64,000 nt of DNA. It comes from Strigamia acuminata. Its lineage: Eukaryota. The stretch covers positions 25,854,001-25,918,000 of the forward strand of contig OX442314.1 of assembly GCA_949358305.1 (NCBI GenBank), read 5' to 3'. This document shows, piece by piece, positions 34,179-45,923 of the stretch. Position numbers and translations under genes: made by a program. The notes beneath the pieces are model-generated. The model was not told the DNA's origin, did no database searches, and worked only from the letters and a program-made list of their open reading frames with translations. The stretch's first letter is position 1; every line of letters starts with the position of its first letter.

Positions 34179-37040
34179 TTACTCCCCTCGTAACCAGGTC
34201 GGCTGGGTTGTCCTTCCCTGGGCAGTGGCGCCAATCATCTCTTGATGTATTTCCCGTACACGATTATACACGAACGTCGCTGGTCGGTTCTTGGTGTCGC
34301 GGATCCAGTGTAAAACTATCTTGGAATCGGTCCAAATTGTGAAATCCTCACATCCAAGAGTCGTTTTTAATGTTGGAATCAGTCTTGTTGCTAGTAGCGC
34401 GCCCATCAGTTCCAGCTTTGGCAATGTGAGTTCCTTTACAGGCGCCACTCTACACTTGGAAATAATAAAATCAACATTAATAGCACTTGTTGTTACGTCC
34501 AGTATTCGAGTGTAGGCTACTACGCCGTACGCTCTCGGACTGGCATCACAGAAAATGTGAATCCTTTTCTTACAATTTCCTCCCCAATTTAATAATTTGC
34601 GCTCTAAATTTAAATTTTCGAGGTATGGTATCTGAACATACCAATTTTCCCAGTTTAACTTCACATGTTCTGGAATGACGTCATCCCACCCAACATTTAA
34701 CTTCCATAGTTCTTGGAAAATTATTTTTGCAGTTACTACAAAAGGGTTTGCCATTCCCAACGGGTCAAAAATCATGGCGGTAATTTTTACAATAAATCTC
34801 TTGGCGTATTTGGTCAAGTTAATCTCGTTAATCAATGCACTAATGTCTAATCCCAATTTATCTAACTCAATATCCCAAACTACCCCCAAAACCTTAGTTT
34901 TCTTTTGAAAAACTGTCACGTCACAATCTGGGTCATCTCGTATAATTTTCTCTTGTAATTTCACATCATTCGACTTCCACTTGGTTAATTTCATGTTCGC
35001 GGCTTGCAAAATCTCACGACTCTCATCATAAATTTGAATTAACTTGTTCGAATTGTCAATACTTGTTACAAAATCGTCTACATACAAGTCTTCCTTCAGC
35101 TTGTCGCATGTGTCCGGGTATTGGTCTTCAAACTTGTCGACGTGTTCTTTTACTGTTGCATTTAGTAAAAATGGACTGGGTCCTGTCCCAAATGGAACTC
35201 GAGTTTGACGCAATTCAATTAGTTTTACCGACTCTTCACCGTTCCACCCGTCCTCGATCCAATAAAATCGTGTGACGTCTCGTTCGTCCATCTTGAGATG
35301 TATTCGATGGAAGGCTTTTTCGATATCGCCGATTGCGCCGTATTTGCCAGTTCGGAACTTCAAAACAATGTTTATTAGATGAGGTAACATATTTGGGCCC
35401 TTACTCAGACAGTCGTTTAGCGATAAACATCCTTTTGCGTGCGACGACGCATCGTAAACAATTCGTAACTTTGTTGTGGCTCGAGTCTCATCAATTACCG
35501 GTCGATGGGGAATATAATACGGGTTGTTTGGTTTCGAATCCTTTGATACTTTCTCCACAATCCCAGAAATCAGCTGTTCGTCGATCACTTTTTTATAGTC
35601 TAAATACAATTTGGGATTTTTTCGGAAACGGTTAATTAAACTCCACAAACGCTTTTTTGCGACATCTCGATTGTCGCTCAATTCTTTGCGGTCGATCTTC
35701 CACGGGAATCCCACTTCGTAATGGTCATCCACCCACTCAATCTGGTCTTTGAAGCGTTTCAACGTGTCCAACTCATCGATTCCCGGTTCCATAGTCTCGT
35801 GACGAATCCCAATCGACTCCAAGTTCCAAAATTTCTCTAAAAGTTCGTTTGTATTATCGGCAACAATCACTTTATTTACCCGCACCAAAGATGACATTGT
35901 TGTTTCTGTCTTCCCAGCTGATCCGTGCAGTGTCCAACCAAAGATGGTTTCGATCGCCATCAAATTCTCGTCGATACGCTGCTGTTTTCCCGTTGTCATG
36001 CGCCAAAAGTTGTCGACGCCGATCAAAATGGACACCCCATCGTCTCGTTGAATGTTGCTATCGTGAGTTAGTTTAATATCGAATTTTCTTAACTTTTCCA
36101 TCACCTGCTCATCTGGTTTTCCATGTAGGGTCGGCGTTATCCAAGGTGATTCGAGGGCTTCGATCTCTAAACTACAATTTCTATTTTCACAGTTATTCAA
36201 GCTCAATTTCACCTTTTTTCTTTTTGTAATTGTTGGTTCAGTGGATCCGAAAGTCAAGAGGGCGAGGGATTGTTCTCCAGTTTTTTCCAGTTGTAATTCG
36301 CACGACAGTTTTTCTGTGATGAAACTTCTTTGTGATCCCCCATCCAAAAAACACTGGACTTTTCTTTTCTTGTTGCTTCCGTTGGCTTCTAAAACGACGA
36401 CCTGCAGGAACATCACGGTTTCCGCAGGTGTTGATTCTTGTACAGATGACGTGACGGTGTCTTTTGGTTTTTCTTCGTCGGTTTTATCGCATAAATACGT
36501 GTGATGTTTTTGTTCGCATTTCCTACATTTAAATCTCGTGTTACACTGACGCGCTTGGTGATTCTCCTTTAGGCATCGATAACAACGTCGGGCCTTGAAA
36601 CACGCTTCTTTTCGCTTTTCTACGGACAGCGGACAGTCTGGACTCTTGTGTTCTGTTTTCTCGCAAAACGTGCATTTGTAGACAATGTTGGATAGAGCTG
36701 AAGCGGAACTTGGATGATTAGACTTATAATTTGTTTTCTTCACCTCTTCCTTTTTGTTATTCGGGACTTCCGTTGATTCTTGCTGTGGTTTACTGGTTTT
36801 ATCTGCGGCTTCCGTACGTTCGCGCATCGCTACTTCGAATCTAAAAAAGTCCAAAAATTCTTTAACAACCCAAGGTGCATCTCCTCGTGGACGTGCAAAA
36901 TCATGTTGTATGCTGGTTGGCACAGCACGCGCGAGTATTGGGCATAACAATGGGCCAAAGGTTTCCGCCGGTACTCCGAGGTTTTCGAGGCTTTTAATAT
37001 GCAGGTCGCAAAAATCATAGTCTCCGTAGGGCCGCCACAT
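34179..37040 (-). CDS. BEL/Pao gag-protease-RT-RNase H part
   Basis: Three Cys/His knuckles, LDGGSQRSF protease, YVDD RT, FCDAS and WTDS RNase H; frameshifted at both ends. Confidence 0.9.
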   Translation of the reverse strand: MWRPYGDYDFCDLHIKSLENLGVPAETFGPLLCPILARAVPTSIQHDFARPRGDAPWVVKEFLDFFRFEVAMRERTEAADKTSKPQQESTEVPNNKKEEVKKTNYKSNHPSSASALSNIVYKCTFCEKTEHKSPDCPLSVEKRKEACFKARRCYRCLKENHQARQCNTRFKCRKCEQKHHTYLCDKTDEEKPKDTVTSSVQESTPAETVMFLQVVVLEANGSNKKRKVQCFLDGGSQRSFITEKLSCELQLEKTGEQSLALLTFGSTEPTITKRKKVKLSLNNCENRNCSLEIEALESPWITPTLHGKPDEQVMEKLRKFDIKLTHDSNIQRDDGVSILIGVDNFWRMTTGKQQRIDENLMAIETIFGWTLHGSAGKTETTMSSLVRVNKVIVADNTNELLEKFWNLESIGIRHETMEPGIDELDTLKRFKDQIEWVDDHYEVGFPWKIDRKELSDNRDVAKKRLWSLINRFRKNPKLYLDYKKVIDEQLISGIVEKVSKDSKPNNPYYIPHRPVIDETRATTKLRIVYDASSHAKGCLSLNDCLSKGPNMLPHLINIVLKFRTGKYGAIGDIEKAFHRIHLKMDERDVTRFYWIEDGWNGEESVKLIELRQTRVPFGTGPSPFLLNATVKEHVDKFEDQYPDTCDKLKEDLYVDDFVTSIDNSNKLIQIYDESREILQAANMKLTKWKSNDVKLQEKIIRDDPDCDVTVFQKKTKVLGVVWDIELDKLGLDISALINEINLTKYAKRFIVKITAMIFDPLGMANPFVVTAKIIFQELWKLNVGWDDVIPEHVKLNWENWYVQIPYLENLNLERKLLNWGGNCKKRIHIFCDASPRAYGVVAYTRILDVTTSAINVDFIISKCRVAPVKELTLPKLELMGALLATRLIPTLKTTLGCEDFTIWTDSKIVLHWIRDTKNRPATFVYNRVREIHQEMIGATAQGRTTQPTWLRGE

Positions 37041-37821
37041 CTTCTACTCGTTTCACGGATGGCATTTCGATTTTCAAACGTTTTGTGATTAGTTGGGCTT
37101 GTATGCATAATAATCGTACCTCGTTGAGGGGATCCTCGGCCATTTCTTTCTTCAGTCTCTCAAAAAGCGCACGCACGCTTCTTCTTTGTGTTTCCCTTTG
37201 TGCACGACTTCTTGCCAAATCGTCCATTTTCGCGTTCTGGTTCGTTTTCAAAAATGTTTCCCGGGTTTCGGCACCATGAGACGTTGCACGAGCAACTTGT
37301 ATAAATGAAACACTTCTAAAACTTGTTAAAACGACGGATGGAGTCAAATTCGGATGGAAGTTTGTTGTAGACTCAAAGAAACGTGTGTAGACAGTATTAC
37401 ATTTGAAAAAACAGTGAATTTTTATTCAAAATTTTAGATATATAAAACAAGAGGATTAAGCTAATCCTTAAATTCCAAGAATATAAATCCGGGTCACAAG
37501 TGAACTTTTCCACTTGCGCCACGGTGGTAAAAAAACATAATTAAACTGGTTCACTTTGGAAACCGCCAGTTTCCACACATGGAAACTGTGATTATGAGAC
37601 TTTTACTTTCCTGCAATTTTTCTTTTGTGTTCTGACTGTTGTCTATTAATATTTGAGTGAAAGTGAGAAAAGAAGCTGTGGAACTTAAGATAAATACAGC
37701 CATTGGCTTGCAAGAATAAAACATTGAAATGCACTGAAATTGATTACATGGTTTATTCAGAAATTCCAAGTTCTAGTAAAAAGCTTTTTTACTCTAAGTA
37801 ATTGCTTCGTTTGTTCATCCA

Positions 37822-38999
37822 TTACTTGCCCGTGTTTAGTCCTTTTGCATAACATCCGTAACCAAGCATTTTTAGTTTGCAAATATAAGGCGAACAACAT
37901 TCCGAGCTACTTGCGCAACCTTTACCGTATGCAGTACAACTAGAAAGCAAACGAGTAAAATTATTGTAAGATAGATTAGTGTGCGGCTGTGACAGTGTAG
38001 CACACCCAAACGCTCCCACGCCTTCTGTTCATACATTGAAAAATAAATCTAAACACCCGGTTTGCTTCTCTCCGTGACCAAGCCCATAAGAATAAAATGG
38101 TGTGCCAACGTTTATGTTTATAAACTTGGGTTGGATCGGGCTAGTATTTGGTCTGTTCCAAAGCTTTCATAAAAACCGAAGGAATTAACCACTAACTGAG
38201 CTGGAACCGATGTGTTTCGTTACTATTTTGAACTCGGACCGAATCGGCAACGAGCCGATGCGATGTCAACGGTTCGGCGCAATGACGAAACGGCTCGAGA
38301 ATTTGAATTGATGAAATAGCTTTATACCAATTTACCTGCGCTTAGACATCTCTCCAATGTCCCGTATTTCTTCTGAAAAGAGAATTTCAAAAATATAATA
38401 AGTAAGCTATGTATTGCTACAATGCACAACAAATAAGAGCACAGTGGATATTTTTGTCATTAAATTTTTAAATAAAAAGCAACTTTTATGATTTTCATTC
38501 AGACGTCGTTTTTTCGGGCCTCCGACGCAGGTCCCGAACTTTCAAATTTCAAATTTCTAAATTGTGTATAATAAAGTTATATGGTTTTTCGATTTTGAGC
38601 CCCCACTAATGACGACTTTATCCGCAGGACCCGTAAACCTCCAGCTACCCGGCCCTGCGCTCATTGAGTTGACATTAATAATTGTATAAGCAAACACTCT
38701 GCAATAGTGATTTTATTCTATTCTGTTTCTGTTCCTTTTAACATCACTACTGAGCTAAAAGACATCACAGGAGCTACAGATTGAATGCATAAATAATTGT
38801 GGAACATAAATGTGACAAATTTAGTTAACTGAGATATCTCCACTGTTTGTGCTACATACAGTACGTAGCTACGGATTTATAATAATTGCAAAGTTAAAAA
38901 TCGATTTTAGTTACCTAGTTTCGAGATTGCCGACGGCGTAACATTTTGGGCGAGCAGCATCAAACCAATTGCCATCAGAAGAATAGAACACTTGTTCAT
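37822..38999 (-). CDS. ICK/knottin toxin- or antimicrobial-like prepropeptide, 79 aa, copy 1
   Basis: Exons 38999-38915, 38372-38336, 37939-37822; signal peptide, propeptide ending KR, C-x6-C-x5-CC-x4-C-x8-C, C-terminal GK. Confidence 0.85.
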
Positions 39000-39660
39000 A
39001 TTTGCCTTCAAGATTCAAAAAGTAACAAGAATAATTTAGTGTATACATTCCGAGCAACATTCGAAAATGTAATAAAAAAAGAGATAGTTATTTACCTGTA
39101 TTTCGAGTTGAAGACTGAATTTCTGTGTACAATGAGTGTACGGTATATGATATGCTGCCTATTCCGACGAGTTTAAATAGGATTATTTTTCCACTCGTTA
39201 ATTGAGCTATAGCTAATCAGTGCAGCATGAAAGTACTTATAAATACATTAAGTGAAATCATTACAGTGTATTTCTAATGAGAAATACATTAAACTAAATG
39301 GCATTAAAACACACCTGCATTAACTGTAATGTATTTCTAATGAGAAATACATTAAACTAAATCGCATTAAAACACACCTGTAATGATTTCAGTTAATGTG
39401 TTTATAAGTACTTTCATGCTGCACTGATTAGCTATAGCTCAATTAACGAGTGGAAGAATAATCCTATTTAAACTCGTCGGAATAGGCAGCACATCATATA
39501 CCGTACACTCATTGTACACAGAAATTCAGTGCCAACGTTGATCTTCAACTCGAAATACAGGTAAATAACCATCTCTTTTATTTTTTATTACATTTTTGAA
39601 TGTTGCTCGGAATGTATACACTAAATTATTCTTGTTACTTTTTGAATCTTGAAGGCAAAT

Positions 39661-40813
39661 ATGAACAAGTGTTCTATTCTTCTCATGGCAATTGGTTTGA
39701 TGCTGCTCGCCCAAAATGTTACGCCGTCGGCAATCTCGAAACTAGGTAACTAAAATCGATTTTTAACTTTGCAATTATTATAACAGTGGAGATATCTCAG
39801 TTAACTAAATTTGTCACATTTATGTTCCACAGTTATTTATGCATTCAATTTGTAGCTCCTGTGATGTCTTTTAGCTCAGTAGTGATGTTAAAAGGAACAG
39901 AAACAGAATAGAATAAAATCACATCACTATTGCAGAGTGTTTGCTTATACAATTATTAATGTCAACTCAATGAGCGCAGGGCCGGGCTAGCTGGAGGTTT
40001 ACGGGTCCTGCGGATAAAGTCGTCATTAGTGGGGGCTCAAAATCGAAAAACCATATAACTTTATTAAACACAATTTAGAAATTTGAAATTTGAAAGTTCG
40101 GGACCTGCGTCGGAGGCCCGAAAAAACGACGTCTGAATGAGAATCATAAAAGTTGCTTTTTATTTAAAAATTTAATGACAAAAATATCCACTGTGCTCTT
40201 ATTTGTTGTGCATTGTAGCAATACATAGCTTACTTATTATATTTTTGAAATTCTCTTTTCAGAAGAAATACGGGACATTGGAGAGATGTCTAAGCGCAGG
40301 TAAATTGGTATAAAGCTATTTCATCAATACAAATTCTCGAGCCGTTTCGTCACTGCGCCGAACCGTTGACATCGCATCGGCTCGTTGCCGATTCGGTCCG
40401 AGTTCAAAATAGTAACGAAACACATCGGTTCCAGCTCAGTTAGTGGTTAATTCCTTCCGTTTTTATGAAAGCTTTAGAACAGACCAAATACTAGCCCGAT
40501 CCAACCCAAGTTTATAAACATAAACGTTGGCACACCATTTTATTCTTATGGGCTTGGTCACGGAGAGAAGCAAACCGGGTGTTTAGATTTATTTTTCAAT
40601 GTATGAACAGAAGGCGTGGGAGCGTTTGGGTGTGCTACACTGTCACAGCCGCACACTAATCTATCTTACACTAATTTTACTCGTTTGCTTTCTAGTTGTA
40701 CTGCATACGGTAAGGGTTGCGCAAGTAGCTCGGAATGTTGTTCGCCTTATATTTGCAAACTAAAAATGCTTGGTTACGGATGTTATGCAAAAGGACTAAA
40801 CACGGGCAAGTAA
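39661..40813 (+). CDS. ICK/knottin prepropeptide, copy 2
   Basis: Exons 39661-39745, 40263-40299, 40696-40813: MNKCSILLMAIGLMLLAQNVTPSAISKLEEIRDIGEMSKRSCTAYGKGCASSSECCSPYICKLKMLGYGCYAKGLNTGK. Confidence 0.85.
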
Positions 40814-40967
40814 TGGATGAACAAACGAAGCAATTACTTAGAGTAAAAAAGCTTTTTACTAGAACTTGGAATTTCTGAATAAACCATGTAATCAATTTCA
40901 GTGCATTTCAATGTTTTTTTCTTGCAAGCCAATGGCTGTATTTACCTTAAGTTCCACAGCTTCTTTT

Positions 40968-43900
40968 TGTTGGTTCCTATTCGGTTCCACAAAGATTTCG
41001 AATGTCCAAGTAATGAAAACACACGTTGTAACGGGAACATAAAATAACACGTCTTTACTTTACGGTAAATTTTACAACAATTCAATTGCACGTGCATTAC
41101 GTGCGTGCAACGTTCACACATTTGATAACGTTAAAACCTTTGATAATTTGTAACAATAGATTAAATCTAACAAACCCTCCTTACAAATTTTTATAAGTTT
41201 TAAAATGAATTAAGAAAAACTAAAACTAACATTCAATGAAATTCGAAAACAAAAACAAAAAACATGAATAAAATATTATTTCGAACTTAAAACTATTTGT
41301 CTTCGTCTTCGTTCTTCTCTTCGTCCTCGTTTATCTTAACTTCTCCTCTCAGACTCACGCCGTCGCGTCCCTCCATGAATTTGTCTTTCGCGACCGCCTT
41401 CGTCAGGAAATCAGCAATCATGTCACCTGTTGGTAAATGGATTAATTCAATGTTGCCAAGTTTTATCTCGTCCCTTATGAACATCAAGTGTCGGTTCATA
41501 TGTTTAGTTCTTCCAAACTGGTTCGAACCGCACAAAATCTGCATTGCTGGTTGACTGTCCGTGAAGATTGGTACTTTTCTCTGCACACAGCTTCCTTCGC
41601 CCACTTCACTCAAAAAGTCTCGCGCCCATTTTATGGATTTCAGCATTTCGCAGATGGCCAAAATCTCGCTTTCTGTCGATGACATCGCGACTAATCGTTG
41701 TTTTTTGGTTTTCCACGTTATTGTTGTTGATCCAATTTTTACTATCATCCCTGTATGTGATTTTGCATCTTGGGTGACGTTCCAGCTTGCGTCCGCAAAT
41801 CCTTGTAATTTCCCCTCCTCATTTGAGAAAAACAATCGCATCTCAATCGTCTTCTTCAGATATCGCATCACTCGTTTGACCGCTCTGAAGTGTAATTGGC
41901 GCGGATCTCTTGAATATGCTGACAACGCACTTATTGCGAATGATATGTCCGGTCGTGATATTATCATCACGTGCATCAGCGATCCTATCATTTGCTGATA
42001 AAGTTGCTGGTCGACTCTTTTCGATTTCTCAAAATCATCTAAGTCTTGTCCAGTAGCCATTGGTGTGTTTGCAGTGACTCCGTCCATCAGCTCGTATCTC
42101 TTCAAAACATCGTTTATGTATTTTTGTTGACCAATTAGAATTCCGTTGTCCATTATCGAAATTTCCATTCCCAAAAGAAAATGCACTTCCCCCAAGTCAA
42201 CAATTTCAAAAACTCGTTTTATCTTCTTTAGAATCCGGTCCAATATCTTTTGACTAGTAAACGCTGCCAAAATGTCATCTACGTACACCCCCAGAATAAT
42301 AAAGTCATTTTTTCTCTTGTAAATATACACACACCTGTCGTTGATTAGTGGTGTCAGGCCAATTTTCTGCAATTCCGTGTCCAGTCTCTCGTTCCAACAT
42401 CTCCCTGATTGTCTCAGGCCGTACAGGCTTCGTTCAAGTCTGCAAATCAAGTCCTTCTGTTCATATCCCTCTGGCTGCTCCATGAAAATCGTTTCATCAA
42501 TCAGGCCGTACAGGTAAGCTGTTTTTATGTCAAATTGACGCGTCATCAATTTGTGTTTGGCCACCATGGATAAAATGATGCGGAGTGATTCGACTCTTAC
42601 AACTGGCGAGAAAGTTTCCGTGTAATCAATGCCTGCTCTCTGGGAATACCCCACTGCCACCAATCTTGCCTTGTATTTATTTACACTCCTGTCCACGTTG
42701 AGTTTTATCCGATAAATCCATTTGCTCTTTATCGTAGTCATTTGTTTTTCCTTCTTCACCAATGTCCAAACATTGTTCACGTGCAATGAGTCTATTTCAC
42801 TATCCATCGCCGTTTTCCATTTTTCTTTTTCGTCGCAATTTATTGCTTGCTCGTATGTTTCCGGTGTAAATAAGTCGTCAACGCCTTCGAATGCTGCATT
42901 CGCTGCCTCAACCGCTGCGTTCACTGCTTCATGTTGTGCTGCGATGCGCTGTGATCGTCGTACACCTTCTTGTTGCAATTGTCGCTCACGCTGCTCCATT
43001 TGTTCCGCGTGTCGCTGCTCGAGCACGGCTTGTGTTGTTCCTCGAGGCCTGCCAACCTGCGCTGGTTGATCTCGTTGCAGCTCTTGTTGTTCATCTTCAA
43101 CAATCACTGCAGGCTGTTGAACATTGTTGTCATCGTTAGCATTTGTTTCTCCAATTGCCTCGTCTTCGAATTCTTGACAAAAACGCCTATTCTCGTCCGG
43201 TTTTGTCAAATTAAAGATGTCCGCCCCTCGAATTTCTTCATTAAATTCCACCGTTCTACCTTCTTGTATTTTCTTTTCTGCTGGGACGTAAATCCTAAAC
43301 GCCTTTCTATCCGTCGAATATCCCACGAATATTCCGCGTTTTGCTTTTTGATCAAGCTTTTGCCTCTTCTCTGCTGGGATGTGCAGGAATGCCTCACAAC
43401 CAAAAACTCGAAGATGTTTTATTGATTGCTTGCGTTTTAACCACATTTCCTCCGGAACTAAATCACCATTTGGTTTCGTCAAAGTTCGGTTTTTTACGTG
43501 TATCGACGTTGAAAATGCTTCGGCCCAAAATATTTGCGGTAGGCCCGATTCCAAAAGCAATGTTCGTGTCGCCTCTACGAGCGTTCGATTTGTACGCTCC
43601 GCAATGCCGTTGCTGGCTGCATTGAATGGCACTGTGAGCTCGTGCAATATGCCTTCATCGTTGCATAAACGTTTAAAATTCTCGTTGACAAACTCGCCTC
43701 CGTTGTCGCTTCTAATACGCTTTAATTTATTTCCCGTTTGTTTTTCCGCCATCGCTTTAAACGATTTGAAGAAGTCAAATGTTTGAGATTTCTCGCTCAT
43801 GAAATAAGCAAATTTCTTGCGGGTAAAGTCTTCAGTAATTACAAAAGCGTACCTGCTTCCTCCCATTGATGGTGTCTTGAATGGTCCAATCAAATCCATG

Positions 43901-45725
43901 TGTATTAGTTGCAAAACATCATCCGACTGCTTTTCGTTTATTCGTTTGTACGGGCTCTTCGTCATTTTTCCGAGTATGCACGCGGTGCATTTCTCCAATG
44001 GTGCATTGTTGTATTCCAACCCGTAAACCAATTCCTTGTTGGTCATCTTGTCGATTGTTCGTTCGTTTGCATGACACAATCGTTTATGCCATATTTCCTT
44101 GGTTTGTTTAGTTGTCGTGGCAACCGCATTCGCTTGCTCTTCTTTTTTCAGTTGCAATAAATACATGGTGCCACACTTCGCTCCCTTTCCAATCGTCTCT
44201 CCAATTGGACTATTAATGTCCGCCCAGTTTCCTCTGAATTGAACGGTGTAGTTCTTTGCCGTCAAGCGCGGAATTGAGAGCAAGTTCCCCTTCAGCTCTG
44301 GAACAAAGAGCACATCTTGCAGCAAAATCTTCATTGTTGCTGCTCCGTCGAGTTGACAATCCAAAATTATGCTTCCTTTTCCAGTTGCTAGAAGCTTCAC
44401 ACCTTTCTTGGCTGTGGTTATTGTTGTCTCCATCTCAACAAACGTTTTAAACAGCTCGCGCTTGCTCGACATATGCACAGAAGCTCCTGAATCTAAAATC
44501 CAGTCGTCAAGGTGATCGCTCGATTCCAATTCAACCACTAGCGCGTGTTGTATTGTTGCAAATTCTACTTCAGCCTGCGCCATTTTTGCCGCCTCCTTTG
44601 GTCGTTGCGCCATTTTCGCGGGGCGCTTCTCTGGATGGCGCTGCCAACAGTCTTTGGCAATATGGCCACTTTTGCCACACTCATAACAAACAAATTTTGT
44701 CCCACCTTTTGTTTTCCTGCCTCCCGAATTTTTTCCGACTTGTGCCTTGAACGCCACTGTCCCGCTTTCCGTCGCTGCTCCTTTCAAATTAAACGCTGAC
44801 CATTGGTCCTCCATTTTGAGTTCACGTCGTAATTCTTCAATTGTTGCGGCTGCATTCGATCGAAAATTCCTCGCAATGTGGGAAAATCTTGTCACGAGAC
44901 CACGCGTCACGTACATCATCAATTCGCGATCTTTTATGTCACGTCCGACTGCCTTGGCTCTCGATTGAATTGACTTTGCCCTGTTTAAGTAGCTGTCCAC
45001 TGCTTCGTCGTGTCTCATACGTAATTCGCACAATTCTGCCGCCGCGTCGATTTGACGTTCCTCCGTCGTTCCGGCGTACAGCGCTTTTAACGCATCCCAA
45101 ACTTCTTTTGCACTGGTTTTCCCCATGCAATTCGTCGCTTCCTCGTTCGAAACGGTCAAAATAATGATGCCGAGTGCCTCGTTGTTGTTTTTCACCCAAG
45201 TGTTATATTTTACGAGATTATCTGCGTAACCCGCAGAGCCCACCACCGGTTCCACCACCGCTGGGTCCGTGATCATATTTTTCAAACTTTTAGCTGCTAA
45301 TAAAGTTCCAACCTTAAACTGCCAGATGAAATAGTTCTCCGGTGTAAGAAGATCAATTCGATTCAACGAACCGCCCGAAATCGCATCCGCCATTTTTCAC
45401 GACGTTCGATTTTCGAATTCCGTCACGTGCGCACTTCGTTCTCACTCGAATCTTCGAAAAATGTCGTCTGAGTGCCGTGGATACTTCTTTTCGAAGAAAA
45501 ACCGGCCTTCTGCTACCACTTGTTGGTTCCTATTCGGTTCCACAAAGATTTCGAATGTCCAAGTAATGAAAACACACGTTGTAACGGGAACATAAAATAA
45601 CACGTCTTTACTTTACGGTAAATTTTACAACAATTCAATTGCACGTGCATTACGTGCGTGCAACGTTCACACATTTGATAACGTTAAAACCTTTGATAAT
45701 TTGTAACAATAGATTAAATCTAACA
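40968..45725 (-). mobile_element. Ty1/copia LTR retrotransposon, intact
   Basis: 205-bp LTRs at 40968-41172 and 45521-45725, identical by eye; TSD CTTTT; PBS TGGTAGCAGA (initiator tRNA-Met-like); PPT AAGGAGGG. Confidence 0.97.
41293..45393 (-). CDS. Copia gag-pol polyprotein, 1366 aa
   Basis: CCHC knuckle, WILDSGAS protease, HHCC/DDE integrase upstream of YVDD RT, FADASW..IADFLTK RNase H. Confidence 0.97.
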   Translation of the reverse strand: MADAISGGSLNRIDLLTPENYFIWQFKVGTLLAAKSLKNMITDPAVVEPVVGSAGYADNLVKYNTWVKNNNEALGIIILTVSNEEATNCMGKTSAKEVWDALKALYAGTTEERQIDAAAELCELRMRHDEAVDSYLNRAKSIQSRAKAVGRDIKDRELMMYVTRGLVTRFSHIARNFRSNAAATIEELRRELKMEDQWSAFNLKGAATESGTVAFKAQVGKNSGGRKTKGGTKFVCYECGKSGHIAKDCWQRHPEKRPAKMAQRPKEAAKMAQAEVEFATIQHALVVELESSDHLDDWILDSGASVHMSSKRELFKTFVEMETTITTAKKGVKLLATGKGSIILDCQLDGAATMKILLQDVLFVPELKGNLLSIPRLTAKNYTVQFRGNWADINSPIGETIGKGAKCGTMYLLQLKKEEQANAVATTTKQTKEIWHKRLCHANERTIDKMTNKELVYGLEYNNAPLEKCTACILGKMTKSPYKRINEKQSDDVLQLIHMDLIGPFKTPSMGGSRYAFVITEDFTRKKFAYFMSEKSQTFDFFKSFKAMAEKQTGNKLKRIRSDNGGEFVNENFKRLCNDEGILHELTVPFNAASNGIAERTNRTLVEATRTLLLESGLPQIFWAEAFSTSIHVKNRTLTKPNGDLVPEEMWLKRKQSIKHLRVFGCEAFLHIPAEKRQKLDQKAKRGIFVGYSTDRKAFRIYVPAEKKIQEGRTVEFNEEIRGADIFNLTKPDENRRFCQEFEDEAIGETNANDDNNVQQPAVIVEDEQQELQRDQPAQVGRPRGTTQAVLEQRHAEQMEQRERQLQQEGVRRSQRIAAQHEAVNAAVEAANAAFEGVDDLFTPETYEQAINCDEKEKWKTAMDSEIDSLHVNNVWTLVKKEKQMTTIKSKWIYRIKLNVDRSVNKYKARLVAVGYSQRAGIDYTETFSPVVRVESLRIILSMVAKHKLMTRQFDIKTAYLYGLIDETIFMEQPEGYEQKDLICRLERSLYGLRQSGRCWNERLDTELQKIGLTPLINDRCVYIYKRKNDFIILGVYVDDILAAFTSQKILDRILKKIKRVFEIVDLGEVHFLLGMEISIMDNGILIGQQKYINDVLKRYELMDGVTANTPMATGQDLDDFEKSKRVDQQLYQQMIGSLMHVMIISRPDISFAISALSAYSRDPRQLHFRAVKRVMRYLKKTIEMRLFFSNEEGKLQGFADASWNVTQDAKSHTGMIVKIGSTTITWKTKKQRLVAMSSTESEILAICEMLKSIKWARDFLSEVGEGSCVQRKVPIFTDSQPAMQILCGSNQFGRTKHMNRHLMFIRDEIKLGNIELIHLPTGDMIADFLTKAVAKDKFMEGRDGVSLRGEVKINEDEEKNEDEDK

Positions 45726-45923
45726 CTTTTCTCACTTTCACTTATATATTAATATACAACAGTCAGAACACAAAAGAAAAATTGCAGGAAAGTAAAAGTC
45801 TCATAATCACAGTTTCCATGTCCTAGTGCAGATTTAAGTGAAGGTCCAATTTTCGGATGATTTTGAACGTTTAGTCAAGGCGTGGGACTCTACAGTATAT
45901 TTTATCGAAGGCGTTGGGAGCTC

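Larger units (their letters stand above)
32230..37577 (-). mobile_element. BEL/Pao LTR retrotransposon, full length but frameshifted
   Basis: 301-bp TG..CA LTRs at 32230-32530 and 37277-37577; TSD CATGG; PBS TGGTGCCGAAACCCGGGA complementary to the tRNA-Phe 3' end; PPT; empty site at about 57995. Confidence 0.95.

Noticed and set aside
40616..40813. 65-aa ORF MGAFGCAT... as the knottin protein
   Set aside because: Its N-terminal part is intron; the true start is the signal-peptide exon at 39661
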